Positions 1-8,854 of a stretch of 64,000 nucleotides of DNA are shown in pieces. A model generated the notes under the pieces. It made no database searches. It saw only the letters and a list, made by a program, of their open reading frames with translations, and had not been told where the DNA came from. The stretch is from Thermoplasmata archaeon (GTDB lineage: Archaea; Thermoplasmatota; Thermoplasmata; RBG-16-68-12; SOIM01): assembly GCA_023140195.1 (NCBI GenBank), contig JAGLME010000001.1:193146-257145 (forward strand), read 5' to 3'. Position 1 is the stretch's first letter. Each line of letters starts with the position of its first letter. The position numbers and the translations under genes were made by a program.

Positions 1-776
1 TTGGCAAGAGCAGTCTGGTCAGGAGGCTGACGCAGGACACCTTCGACGTACGGTACATCCCGACAGTCAGCACATCTGTGACGAAGATAGAGTTCGAGTT
101 CCCAGACAAGGATGGCGAGACGTTTGTACTCGAGATGGATATCTGGGACATCTCCGGACAGAAAGGCTTCCTGAGGTTCCTGAAGGGAGATTACTTCCGG
201 AAGGCAAGAATGATTGTTGCGGTCTGCGACGTGTCAAGAAGTGAGACGCTTTACAGCCTCGAGGGCTGGATACAGGATGCAAGAGAGATTGCCGGGGACA
301 TTCTAGTCCAGTTGGTGGGGAACAAATCCGATTCCCTCCACAATGTGATAAGATACGATCCGATGACCAGGAAGTACTCCAACGATTACGATTCAGAGGT
401 GCTCTATGTCAGCTGCAGCACCGGGGAGAACGTTGATTATACATTTCAAGAGATCGCAACCAAGGCTCTCGAGGATATTTTGAGCGGCCTCAACGAAGAA
501 GAGGAGGTTCTGGAGTTCGAGTGGGAGGTACTGGAAGCTATCGCAGGAAAGGGAAAATACGGTGCCTCAAAGGAGTTCTTCTTTCAGAACGTCAAGGGAA
601 TCCGATTCGACACATTGAAAGCGAACATCGAATCTCTTGAGAGGAAGGGTTACTTGAAGGTCAACTGGAATGGGGCTTCCGATTTCCTGGCGAAGGCCAC
701 TGAGGAGGGCCTCAAGAAGGCGGAGAGCGGGCCCAGGAAGTTCGACGACGAATACCTCGATCTGGTCACTGCATGA
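1..776 (+). CDS. Ras-superfamily small GTPase (Rab/Arf-like), 5'-partial, with ~110-aa C-terminal extension
   Basis: The window opens inside the P-loop (GKSSLV). DISGQ (G3, DxxGQ) and GNKSD (G4, NKxD) are present. The frame from nt 3 is open with no stop; the listed ORF 78..776 starts at an internal GTG. The C-terminal ~110 aa after the G domain look winged-helix-like. Confidence 0.6.
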   Translation, partial: GKSSLVRRLTQDTFDVRYIPTVSTSVTKIEFEFPDKDGETFVLEMDIWDISGQKGFLRFLKGDYFRKARMIVAVCDVSRSETLYSLEGWIQDAREIAGDILVQLVGNKSDSLHNVIRYDPMTRKYSNDYDSEVLYVSCSTGENVDYTFQEIATKALEDILSGLNEEEEVLEFEWEVLEAIAGKGKYGASKEFFFQNVKGIRFDTLKANIESLERKGYLKVNWNGASDFLAKATEEGLKKAESGPRKFDDEYLDLVTA

Positions 777-777
777 T

Positions 778-1917
778 CTAACGCAGAACGCTCCTTGAGA
801 TCACCATTCTCTGGACTTCTGACGTGCCTTCGTATATCTCCGTGATCTTGGCGTCCCTGTAGTATCTCTCGATCGGGAGGTCGGTCATGTAACCATACCC
901 GCCGTGGACCTGAATGGCCATTCTTGAAACCTCGACAGCGGCGGCGGATGCTGCCAACTTCGCCATTGCAGCCTCCTTTGAGAACCTCGCTCCTTTGTCT
1001 TCAAGGGATGCGGCGTGATATGTCAGCCATCGTGCCGAGTCGACCTTCACGGTCATGTCGGCTATCATCCATTGGATGGCTTGAAGCGCAGCGATGGGTT
1101 TTCCGAACTGAACCCTTTCTTTGGCATACTGAATCGATGCGTCCAATGACGCCTGGGCAATGCCAAGTGCCTGGGATGCGATACCGATCCTTCCAGAGTC
1201 CAGCGCTATCATCGCGATCTTGAAACCATCACCTTCATTGCCGAGCAAGTTCTCCTTGGGAACCCTGCAGTCTTCCATTATGACCTCTGCATGCTCTACC
1301 GACCGTATCCCCATCTTGTCGAATATCTTGCCGATCTTCAGGCCTGGGGTCTCACCGTCTACGATGAATGCGCTCATCCCCTTCGTACCTTTCTCCTTGT
1401 CCGTTATCACTATGATGATGAACACGCCAGCGATCGTCGCGTGGGTGATGAAGTACTTGATTCCGTTGAGAACGTATTCGTCCCCGTCCAGAACGGCCGT
1501 GGATTCCATCGCAGCAGCGTCCGTTCCCGCCTGGGGCTCAGTCAGCGCGAACGCGCCGATCACGTCCCCACTTGCGAGCGGTGGCAGGTATTTCTTCTTC
1601 TGTTCTTCGTTTCCGAATGTCAGCAGGGTCTGGGTACAGAGTGTGGTGTGCACGCTGAGGCTTCCTCCGAGGGATGCGGAGACCTTCGAAAGCTCCTCTA
1701 TGACATTCACGTAGCTGATGTGGTCTGCTCCCGCGCCTCCGTACTCGGCCGGTATGGGAACTGCCGCCAGTCCTTCTTCCTTCAACTTGATCCAAAGATC
1801 AGTCGAGAACTTCCCCTCTCTCTCGACCTCATCTACGACCGGTTTGACAACCGCCTCTCCAAAAGCTCTAGCCTTCTCTTTCCATTGTTGTTGTGTATCA
1901 TCGAGTTCGAAATCCAA
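778..1917 (-). CDS. acyl-CoA dehydrogenase
   Basis: The ~380-aa C-terminal portion of the 531-aa ORF has clear ACAD motifs (YGGAGAD, TEPQAGTDAAAMES, ERYYRDAKITEIYEGTSEVQ). The 150-aa N-terminal extension of the listed ORF is low-complexity and overlaps the divergent ABC gene. The likely start is a TTG (LDFELDD) preceded by GGGGGAAGAGG; an alternative ATG lies at 2013. Confidence 0.8.
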   Translation of the reverse strand: MDFELDDTQQQWKEKARAFGEAVVKPVVDEVEREGKFSTDLWIKLKEEGLAAVPIPAEYGGAGADHISYVNVIEELSKVSASLGGSLSVHTTLCTQTLLTFGNEEQKKKYLPPLASGDVIGAFALTEPQAGTDAAAMESTAVLDGDEYVLNGIKYFITHATIAGVFIIIVITDKEKGTKGMSAFIVDGETPGLKIGKIFDKMGIRSVEHAEVIMEDCRVPKENLLGNEGDGFKIAMIALDSGRIGIASQALGIAQASLDASIQYAKERVQFGKPIAALQAIQWMIADMTVKVDSARWLTYHAASLEDKGARFSKEAAMAKLAASAAAVEVSRMAIQVHGGYGYMTDLPIERYYRDAKITEIYEGTSEVQRMVISRSVLR

Positions 1918-2092
1918 ACCTCTTCCCCCTGTGTTGGTCGTGGCATATGTTGGAGGATTATTAAGATTCCTATCAACGATACTGGCCTTTTCGTTCCCCC
2001 GTCGGGAGTCCATTCGAAAGAATGAAATATCGAGTGGGCTGTTTGAAAGGTGCTGGTATGGCTTCGGGGCAGTGGCCCTTAGAGGACTGGGC

Positions 2093-5000
2093 ATGGATGT
2101 CGTAGTTGTTGGATCTGCGGTTGTTCTTATCGGGACTTTCATTATCTTAGGGTTGCTGGCGGTCCGCTCGCGCATGATCTTCAGGATCGCCGTTCGGAAC
2201 TTCCTGAAGAGGAAGAGGTCCACATTGTTCGCTGTTTTTGGACTCGCCGTTGGTGCCGCTATCGTGACCGGTTCTCTTGTTGTTGGGGATTCGCTGGAGA
2301 ACGCCGTGGTGCAGTCGACCTTTCTGAACCTGGGTGCGGTGGATGAGGCCGCGCGGTCGGTCGGCGTGTTCAACCAGTCAATTGCAGATGAGGTAAGGGT
2401 TCAGCTTCTGGGCACTGAAATCGACGCAGTGGCACCGTTAATGGTCCTTCCCGTTTCGGTAAAGGACAACAATTCGGGTGCGAGACAATCCCTCGTGAAT
2501 ATCATCGCCTTCAATGACGATTTCCTGGATTTTGGTGATTTCAAACTCAATGATGGGTCGATTTTCAGCGGACCCCTCGGATCCGATCATGTGATCATCA
2601 ATAGAAAGCTGGCTGACAACCTTCGTGCGTCAGCATTGGATGTTCTGAATGTTTCGTTCCGCACACCAGAGTTCTCCTTCGAGACAGTCTATTCACCCAT
2701 CACCTCCCTTCAATACGCTCACTTCACGGTCGCCGAGATCGCGGACAACTCCGGCTTGGGCAGGTTCCAACTTGGAAGCAGCGGGGTGGTCCCGGAGAAC
2801 ATGTACGTGAGGCTGGATACCCTGCAGCAGATCCTTGGTCTGGAAGGAAAGGTCAACACGGTGATAGTCTCCAACGAAGGCGATGAGATTGCAGGTGTGG
2901 AGGACTCTTTGCGCGTCACCCGCTTGCTGGAAGATGTTTTCGATGATCAGATTGGTTATGAGGACCTGGGTTTCTCGGTGACACCCAGTAGTTACGTGAA
3001 GATGGACAGGAAGCAGATATTCTTCGAGGACCGGTACCTTGACATCGTGCTGAACATAACCTCCAACTCCCCCTTGGTCGAGGAGGTTTCCCAACTGACC
3101 TCGTATTTCTTCAACTGGGTCGGGAATGACTCATCATTCGTGGCATATTCTGTGTCTACGGGATTTGACCCGGCAGTGGATTCCGCATTCGGTCTGTTTG
3201 AGAGGAGCAGCAACAGTGAACTCATTGTGGGGGAGATCGCCGATGACGAGGTCATCATCAACGAGTATGTTGCGGGCAGACTGGGGATTGGTGAGGGCTC
3301 AACGGTGACCCTCAACTACTCAGTCTATGATGAGACGTTCACAGAAGTCTTCCAGTACGAGGATTTCACCGTCAAGTATGTGATTAATCTGACTGGGAAG
3401 GCCGATGACAGCGAACTCATGCCCCCCTTCCCTGGAATAAAGGGAAAGGCCAGTTGCGGTGACTGGCACCCGCCCATAGCCTTGGACGTTCAATCGATGA
3501 TGGTGGGCGAGGACCTCGACTACTGGATAACCTATGGCGGTAGCCCTAAGGTGTACGTCACACTCGACAAATCCAGGGAAATGTGGGCGAACGATCTGGG
3601 CGACATCACAACGATCAAGATAATGCCTACGGTCGGAACCAATGTGACCGTGCTGGCTCAATGGATGGGCACCCAACTCAATGAGTCCATAGGGCACAGG
3701 GATGCCGGGATAACGATATCACCGGTCAAGAAGGAAGGAATCGAATCGGCCGAAGGCGTCCAGATAGTCACCGAGACATACATCGCCTTTGGCAGTGTGG
3801 TCATACTCGCCGGAATGCTCTTGATAGTCCTGTTCGTAGGGACCTCCGCCGAGGAGAGAAGGAGGGAGATCGGGATCGTCAGGACGCTTGGAGCCACCAG
3901 GAAGAAGACAACGCTTTCTTTTATTTTCGAAGGTTCCATCTTGTCGATAATTGCTGCTGTGATCGGGGCCCTCCTAGGGATTCTTGTGGCCGTCATCAGT
4001 GTCTGGATGACCAACGAATTCTGGTCGAACCTCGTCGAGGGGAACCAGATCTCCCTTCACCTTACACTGCCAACGATCATGCTTGGGATGATGTCCGGAT
4101 TCTTGATTTCACTGATAACATTCGCATTCGCATCCTACTCGATTGCCAAGATGAGGATCGTGGAAGCTCTTCGAAGAATCTCCATGAGAAACATCAAGAA
4201 GTCTCGGGGCATCGGATCATTGCTCTTGGCCGTCCTCGGATCTCTTCTGATAATCGTCGGTTTCGTAATCAAGGTGGACCCATCCTTCCTCGGAATGTTG
4301 TGGCTGTTCGGTCCTGTGTCCCTGATGATGGGTATTGGATTCTTTGCGAAGGCAAGGTTCGATACCAAACTGGGAACTGGCATAGTCGGCGTAGCATCGA
4401 TTGCCTACACTCTTGTCTTCGATATGGTCTTCCTGTCCACCTACAACGAACCCGCCTTCATCCTGTTCTTCCTCAGTGGATTCGTAATTATTCTGGGAGC
4501 CGCTGTTGCTTTGTGGTCAGGGGTTTCCGTGCTCTCAAGATTGCTCAGTCGTTCGTCTGTGACCACAGTGGCGTTCTCAAATCCTATGCGGAAGCCAGGT
4601 CAGTCCACAATGACCATCGCCATGTTCGGGCTCGTGGTCTTCACACTCGTCGCATTGGCCGTGAACATATCCGGTCAGCAGGCGAACATAGACCGTGCCG
4701 TGGAGGAACAGAGCGCCGGATATCAGGTACTGGCCGAGGCAACTACGCCTGTCAGATTCGATTTGGGGGAAGAGCTGGTATCGTCTGCGGGCAATACGAC
4801 TCAATTCCTCACTGAGGTGACCACGGTTCAGTTCTCGACCTACGGCTCTACCGGAGGGACTTGTAGCAATCTCAACAGCAATCTTCCACCACGGTTGATC
4901 GGAGCCAATGGGACGTTCCTGCAGGATAACACATTCGTATTCTCCTCTTCACAGGATCATGATCCGTCGGACCCGGAAGGGGCCTGGTCGGAGCTCGATG

Positions 5001-5746
5001 GGGTTCAAGCCGATGGGTCCATCCCAATCGTGGGTGACACCAACACGATCATCTGGATCTACGGCAAAGGGGTGGGGGACACCATCCCGATAACCGACGA
5101 GAACGGGCAGGACAGGGAACTGCTGGTGGTCGGCATACTTCGAAGTTCCATGTTCAGCGGCTCGGTATTCCTCTCCGATGAGAACCTGGATGGCCTCTTC
5201 CCAACGAAGGCGGAGTTCAGTATGTTCCTATTCAAGACAGAGGAACCTGAACAGCTGGTGACATATCTCGAAGAGAATATGGACTCGTATGGAATGGACG
5301 CCACACTCGTTGAAGAGAGAGTGAGGGAAGACCTTGAGGTCGAATGGTCATACATGTCACTGTTCCAGACCCTGCTTCTGTTCGGCCTTGTGGTCGGAAC
5401 CGCCGGCCTTGCTTTGACATCGGCGAAGTCTGTCTCAGAAAGAAGGAATGAGATTGGCATCCTCCGATCCCTTGGATTCAAGCGCAGCATGGTGCTTCAG
5501 GCCTTCTTGTTGGAGAACCTGTACATCTCTTTGACCGGGACAGTCCTGGGTGTCGTATTCGGTCTGCTGGTGTCTTTCATCTTCTTCGGACCTATCGGGG
5601 GTCAAGGCTATGGGGTTGTTGTCCCATGGCTTACCATTATCATCATCGTCCTTACAGTCCTGGTATCTACTCTTCTCTCAACCGCAGGACCATCCATCAG
5701 GGCCGGAAAGATGAGGACGGTCGATGCCTTGAGGGTCGAGGAGTAG
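2093..5746 (+). CDS. ABC-transporter permease with two FtsX-like 4-TM modules and large extracytoplasmic domains (MacB/YbbP-like)
   Basis: It starts MDVVVVGSAVVLIG...RIAVRNFLKRKRS, a typical FtsX N-terminus. There are two FtsX cores (…ERRREIGIVRTLGATRKK… and …ERRNEIGILRSLGFKRS…). The first 125 aa of the listed ORF are spurious overlap with the ACAD gene. No adjacent ATPase gene is present. Confidence 0.65.
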   Translation: MDVVVVGSAVVLIGTFIILGLLAVRSRMIFRIAVRNFLKRKRSTLFAVFGLAVGAAIVTGSLVVGDSLENAVVQSTFLNLGAVDEAARSVGVFNQSIADEVRVQLLGTEIDAVAPLMVLPVSVKDNNSGARQSLVNIIAFNDDFLDFGDFKLNDGSIFSGPLGSDHVIINRKLADNLRASALDVLNVSFRTPEFSFETVYSPITSLQYAHFTVAEIADNSGLGRFQLGSSGVVPENMYVRLDTLQQILGLEGKVNTVIVSNEGDEIAGVEDSLRVTRLLEDVFDDQIGYEDLGFSVTPSSYVKMDRKQIFFEDRYLDIVLNITSNSPLVEEVSQLTSYFFNWVGNDSSFVAYSVSTGFDPAVDSAFGLFERSSNSELIVGEIADDEVIINEYVAGRLGIGEGSTVTLNYSVYDETFTEVFQYEDFTVKYVINLTGKADDSELMPPFPGIKGKASCGDWHPPIALDVQSMMVGEDLDYWITYGGSPKVYVTLDKSREMWANDLGDITTIKIMPTVGTNVTVLAQWMGTQLNESIGHRDAGITISPVKKEGIESAEGVQIVTETYIAFGSVVILAGMLLIVLFVGTSAEERRREIGIVRTLGATRKKTTLSFIFEGSILSIIAAVIGALLGILVAVISVWMTNEFWSNLVEGNQISLHLTLPTIMLGMMSGFLISLITFAFASYSIAKMRIVEALRRISMRNIKKSRGIGSLLLAVLGSLLIIVGFVIKVDPSFLGMLWLFGPVSLMMGIGFFAKARFDTKLGTGIVGVASIAYTLVFDMVFLSTYNEPAFILFFLSGFVIILGAAVALWSGVSVLSRLLSRSSVTTVAFSNPMRKPGQSTMTIAMFGLVVFTLVALAVNISGQQANIDRAVEEQSAGYQVLAEATTPVRFDLGEELVSSAGNTTQFLTEVTTVQFSTYGSTGGTCSNLNSNLPPRLIGANGTFLQDNTFVFSSSQDHDPSDPEGAWSELDGVQADGSIPIVGDTNTIIWIYGKGVGDTIPITDENGQDRELLVVGILRSSMFSGSVFLSDENLDGLFPTKAEFSMFLFKTEEPEQLVTYLEENMDSYGMDATLVEERVREDLEVEWSYMSLFQTLLLFGLVVGTAGLALTSAKSVSERRNEIGILRSLGFKRSMVLQAFLLENLYISLTGTVLGVVFGLLVSFIFFGPIGGQGYGVVVPWLTIIIIVLTVLVSTLLSTAGPSIRAGKMRTVDALRVEE

Positions 5747-5882
5747 CCAGTGCAGATTGCCAAATCCAAAACGTTTATATCAGAATCGCAGAATCTTTGG
5801 AGTATCGGAAGGAAGTCCAGATTCCAGCTGGACGGTTTTGGATGGTAACAGAGAACGGGAAAACACGTAGGGTGTCTGTGAA

Positions 5883-7559
5883 ATGAGAAGACTCAGAAAT
5901 GGCGTTTACTTGGCTGTTCTACTTCTGCTAATAACATCTTCGCTGAGCGGATTCCCAATGGCGATGGGTGATGAGACTCCAACCAGAGGCGATGGATCGA
6001 ACGAGGAGGCCAGGTGGGCTCAGTTCAGAGGCAATCTCAACAACACTGGATATTCTATCTCCACAATTCCCACCACCAATGACAGGTTCATGGAGTTCCC
6101 CACTCAGTGGCCAATACAATCCTCCGCAGCCTATGCGAACGGGGTGATATACTTCGGTTCACAATCCAAGATGGTATATGCGGTAGAGGCTTCAACTGGC
6201 GTGGAACTCTGGAACTACACCTTCGATGCTCCTGTGGATTCGACTCCATACGTTCACGAGGACACCGTGTACGTTGCGACTGCCAGTTTTGCCGACCCGG
6301 GACTGCACTCTTTCAATGCGACCACCGGTGAACTGCTGTGGTCATTTAACGTCAGTGGGCCAATCGTGGGTTCTCCCAAGTACTACAACGGTGCCGTCTT
6401 CTTCGGTTCGAAGGACCACAACTTCTACGCAGTGAACGTTACCGATCAGAGCCATTACTGGGGTGCACCTTTCCAGACTGGAGGAGCCATATGGGGAACG
6501 CCCGCCATCGCCGATGGACGGGTGTTCATTGGATCAAATGACGGCAATTTCACGAGCATATGGATTGAGAATGGGACAGTGGATTGGAACTTCAGCATCC
6601 CATCCGTCAATGACAACGATGTCAGGTACTCGAGCGCCGCCGTTTACAATGGCAGGGTGTTGGTCGGATCCGACGACGATAAGGTCTACTGCTTAGATGA
6701 GTTCACAGGTGACGTCATATGGACATTCACCACCAATGACTTCGTATACGCATCCCCCGCGGTTCACAATGACACCGTTTTCGTTAGCAGCAACGACTTC
6801 AACTTCTATGCTCTCCCCCTCTACGAGCCTTCCCCGCAAGATGGCATAATAGACAGCAACGATGTCATTTGGTCGGTCCCCACGGATGATTTCCAGGGAG
6901 GATCTTCAGCCGCTGTGGCTGATGGGAGGGTGCTGATTGGCTCGACGACCCTCGGCCTGATATGCGTGAACGAAACCGATGGGAGCTTCTTCTGGAACCT
7001 GACGATCCCCAGAGGCACTGTATCCTCCCCAACTGTGGTCGATGGCAAGATCTTTATCGGGGGGAATAATGGATTGATGTACGGACTCGGGTCCTCTGGC
7101 CTCCCGTCGCTTGAGCTTGAGATCATCCCGGACAATGAAGCACTGAAATCTAACCGTGTGATGGGAATAACCTTCTTAGCCACTCACGACCAGGAGCCGG
7201 TCGAGGGGGCTTTTGTCAGCCTAACAGTTTCAATTGGAGAACTATCACAGCAAGGCGCCAGCACTTTCTCTGATGGAACCAATAGGGTCAAGTACACCGC
7301 CCCAACGGTCCAGCAGAACACCACACTCACCATCACCGCCGTTGCCAGCAAGTTCGGGTTCGAAGATGGGAAAGCGACCTACCAGATAGTCATCGAGCGG
7401 GGGACCGCATACGAGAACACCACCACCAAGGCAGAGTTCCCGTGGTACAAGTATTACGGTTACATTGGGGCGATTGTCGTTCTTATCGTCTTGAATGTCG
7501 TTCTCGTTATCGTTTTCATTCGGAGGAAGGGCGAAGAGGAAAGGGGGGATACCGCATGA
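5883..7559 (+). CDS. secreted PQQ-repeat beta-propeller protein with C-terminal TM anchor
   Basis: It has an N-terminal signal peptide (LAVLLLLITSSLSG). Repeated PQQ/BamB-like blades carry VYxGSxDxxxYA motifs. The C-terminal hydrophobic helix (IGAIVVLIVLNVVLVIVFI) is followed by RRKGEEER. Confidence 0.6.
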   Translation: MRRLRNGVYLAVLLLLITSSLSGFPMAMGDETPTRGDGSNEEARWAQFRGNLNNTGYSISTIPTTNDRFMEFPTQWPIQSSAAYANGVIYFGSQSKMVYAVEASTGVELWNYTFDAPVDSTPYVHEDTVYVATASFADPGLHSFNATTGELLWSFNVSGPIVGSPKYYNGAVFFGSKDHNFYAVNVTDQSHYWGAPFQTGGAIWGTPAIADGRVFIGSNDGNFTSIWIENGTVDWNFSIPSVNDNDVRYSSAAVYNGRVLVGSDDDKVYCLDEFTGDVIWTFTTNDFVYASPAVHNDTVFVSSNDFNFYALPLYEPSPQDGIIDSNDVIWSVPTDDFQGGSSAAVADGRVLIGSTTLGLICVNETDGSFFWNLTIPRGTVSSPTVVDGKIFIGGNNGLMYGLGSSGLPSLELEIIPDNEALKSNRVMGITFLATHDQEPVEGAFVSLTVSIGELSQQGASTFSDGTNRVKYTAPTVQQNTTLTITAVASKFGFEDGKATYQIVIERGTAYENTTTKAEFPWYKYYGYIGAIVVLIVLNVVLVIVFIRRKGEEERGDTA

Positions 7560-8782
7560 GTTCGGTAAAGAAGCTGGTATCCATTGCTTTGGCCTTCCTT
7601 GCATTCTCCCTGACATTCTCTCCTTCGGTTGCCGGTCAAGGCGACGAGTTCGATGTCAAAACCCTGGGCCTGCTCTGGGAAAGCGAACCGCTTCACAATG
7701 CTACTCTGTGGTCCATCGAATGGTCCCCCAACGGTTCCCTCATTTCGGCCACCTTATTCGACAACACAACAGTCATAGTCAATTCCACCACCGGGGAGAA
7801 GCTCGTCGAGATAGGGTCCCATCAGGAGGAATGGGAACGGACCAGGTGCGATGCGATAAAGGAGTGCGGAATCGATCCTCACTTTCCGGCAAGGACCAGC
7901 GCCTGGTCACCGGACGGTCAGTATCTGGCAGTAGGCGGGGATAATACATTGGTGATCATCTACGAAACCGAAACGTGGGAGATAGTGAAGATACTCTTTG
8001 GCCATGAAGGAAGCGTTCTGTCCGTGAGCTGGTCTCCCGATGGGAAGTACATTGCATCCGGCTCCGGGACAGACAAGGTCGATATGCACAACCTCCCTGA
8101 GAATCTGATCAAGATATGGGATTTCGAACAAGGCATCGCGGTCCAGAACCTGACCGGGCATAGGGACGGCATATTGGAGTTGAGATGGTCCTCAGATCAA
8201 TCAAGACTTGTTTCGGCCTCTGACGATAAGTTCATCAAGCTGTGGAACACGACCAGCTGGGACAACTACCTCAATCTCACTGGGCACACGATCGGCGTTC
8301 TGAGCCTAGACTGGTCCCCAAACGAGACCATGCTTGTGTCCGGCAGCAGGGATTATAAGATCAGGGTGTGGAACACGACAACCGGCGAGGAGCTGAGCAG
8401 ATGGGCCGCTCCCAATTGCGTCAGGTCGGTCGACTGGCACCCTTACGAGAACATCATTGCCGCTTCAGGAGTTACGGAAGCCTACCTCATGATCAGGAAC
8501 GCCACAACCGGGTCCATTCTCAAGACAATCAGGGACAACGATGACGCTGGGGGCGTTATCCAATCGAGTGGCTGGTCCCCCGACGGAAAAAGGCTGGCCA
8601 GTGGATCGAACGTCGAGTTCAAGATACGGGTATATGAGTTTGGGATCGGAGGGGACACCGAAAGGACTGGACCGGCTCCGTGGTTGCTTGGCATGATCGT
8701 CTTCTTTGTCATCTTCACTCTTATCATCGTTGTAATGGTGGTGCGAATACCGGCGAAGATCAGGAAGTTCGAGAGGAGGTGA
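7556..8782 (+). CDS. secreted WD40-repeat beta-propeller protein with C-terminal TM anchor
   Basis: The ATG overlaps the upstream stop (ATGA). A signal peptide (LVSIALAFLAFSLTFSPSVAG) is present. WD repeats are visible (VLSVSWSPDGKYIASGS, IKIWD, LVSASDDKFIKLWN, LVSGSRDYKIRVWN). The C-terminal TM is LLGMIVFFVIFTLIIVVMVV, followed by a basic tail. Confidence 0.6.
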   Translation: MSSVKKLVSIALAFLAFSLTFSPSVAGQGDEFDVKTLGLLWESEPLHNATLWSIEWSPNGSLISATLFDNTTVIVNSTTGEKLVEIGSHQEEWERTRCDAIKECGIDPHFPARTSAWSPDGQYLAVGGDNTLVIIYETETWEIVKILFGHEGSVLSVSWSPDGKYIASGSGTDKVDMHNLPENLIKIWDFEQGIAVQNLTGHRDGILELRWSSDQSRLVSASDDKFIKLWNTTSWDNYLNLTGHTIGVLSLDWSPNETMLVSGSRDYKIRVWNTTTGEELSRWAAPNCVRSVDWHPYENIIAASGVTEAYLMIRNATTGSILKTIRDNDDAGGVIQSSGWSPDGKRLASGSNVEFKIRVYEFGIGGDTERTGPAPWLLGMIVFFVIFTLIIVVMVVRIPAKIRKFERR

Positions 8783-8854
8783 ATTGGACTGAAGATTTCC
8801 AGGGTTGGAGTTTCATTCGTTCTTGCGTTCATTCTTCTCACTTCATCAGCGATC

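Noticed and set aside
778-5746. Two very long ORFs overlapping by ~650 bp on opposite strands (778..2373 minus, 1718..5746 plus).
   Set aside because: High GC gives long stop-free stretches. The N-terminal 150 aa of the minus ORF and the first 125 aa of the plus ORF are low-complexity, rich in Ser, Thr, Pro and Ala, with no motifs. Conserved family N-termini (ACAD LDFELDD, FtsX RIAVRNFLKRKRS) mark the real starts at ~1917 and 2093. The two genes are simply divergent.
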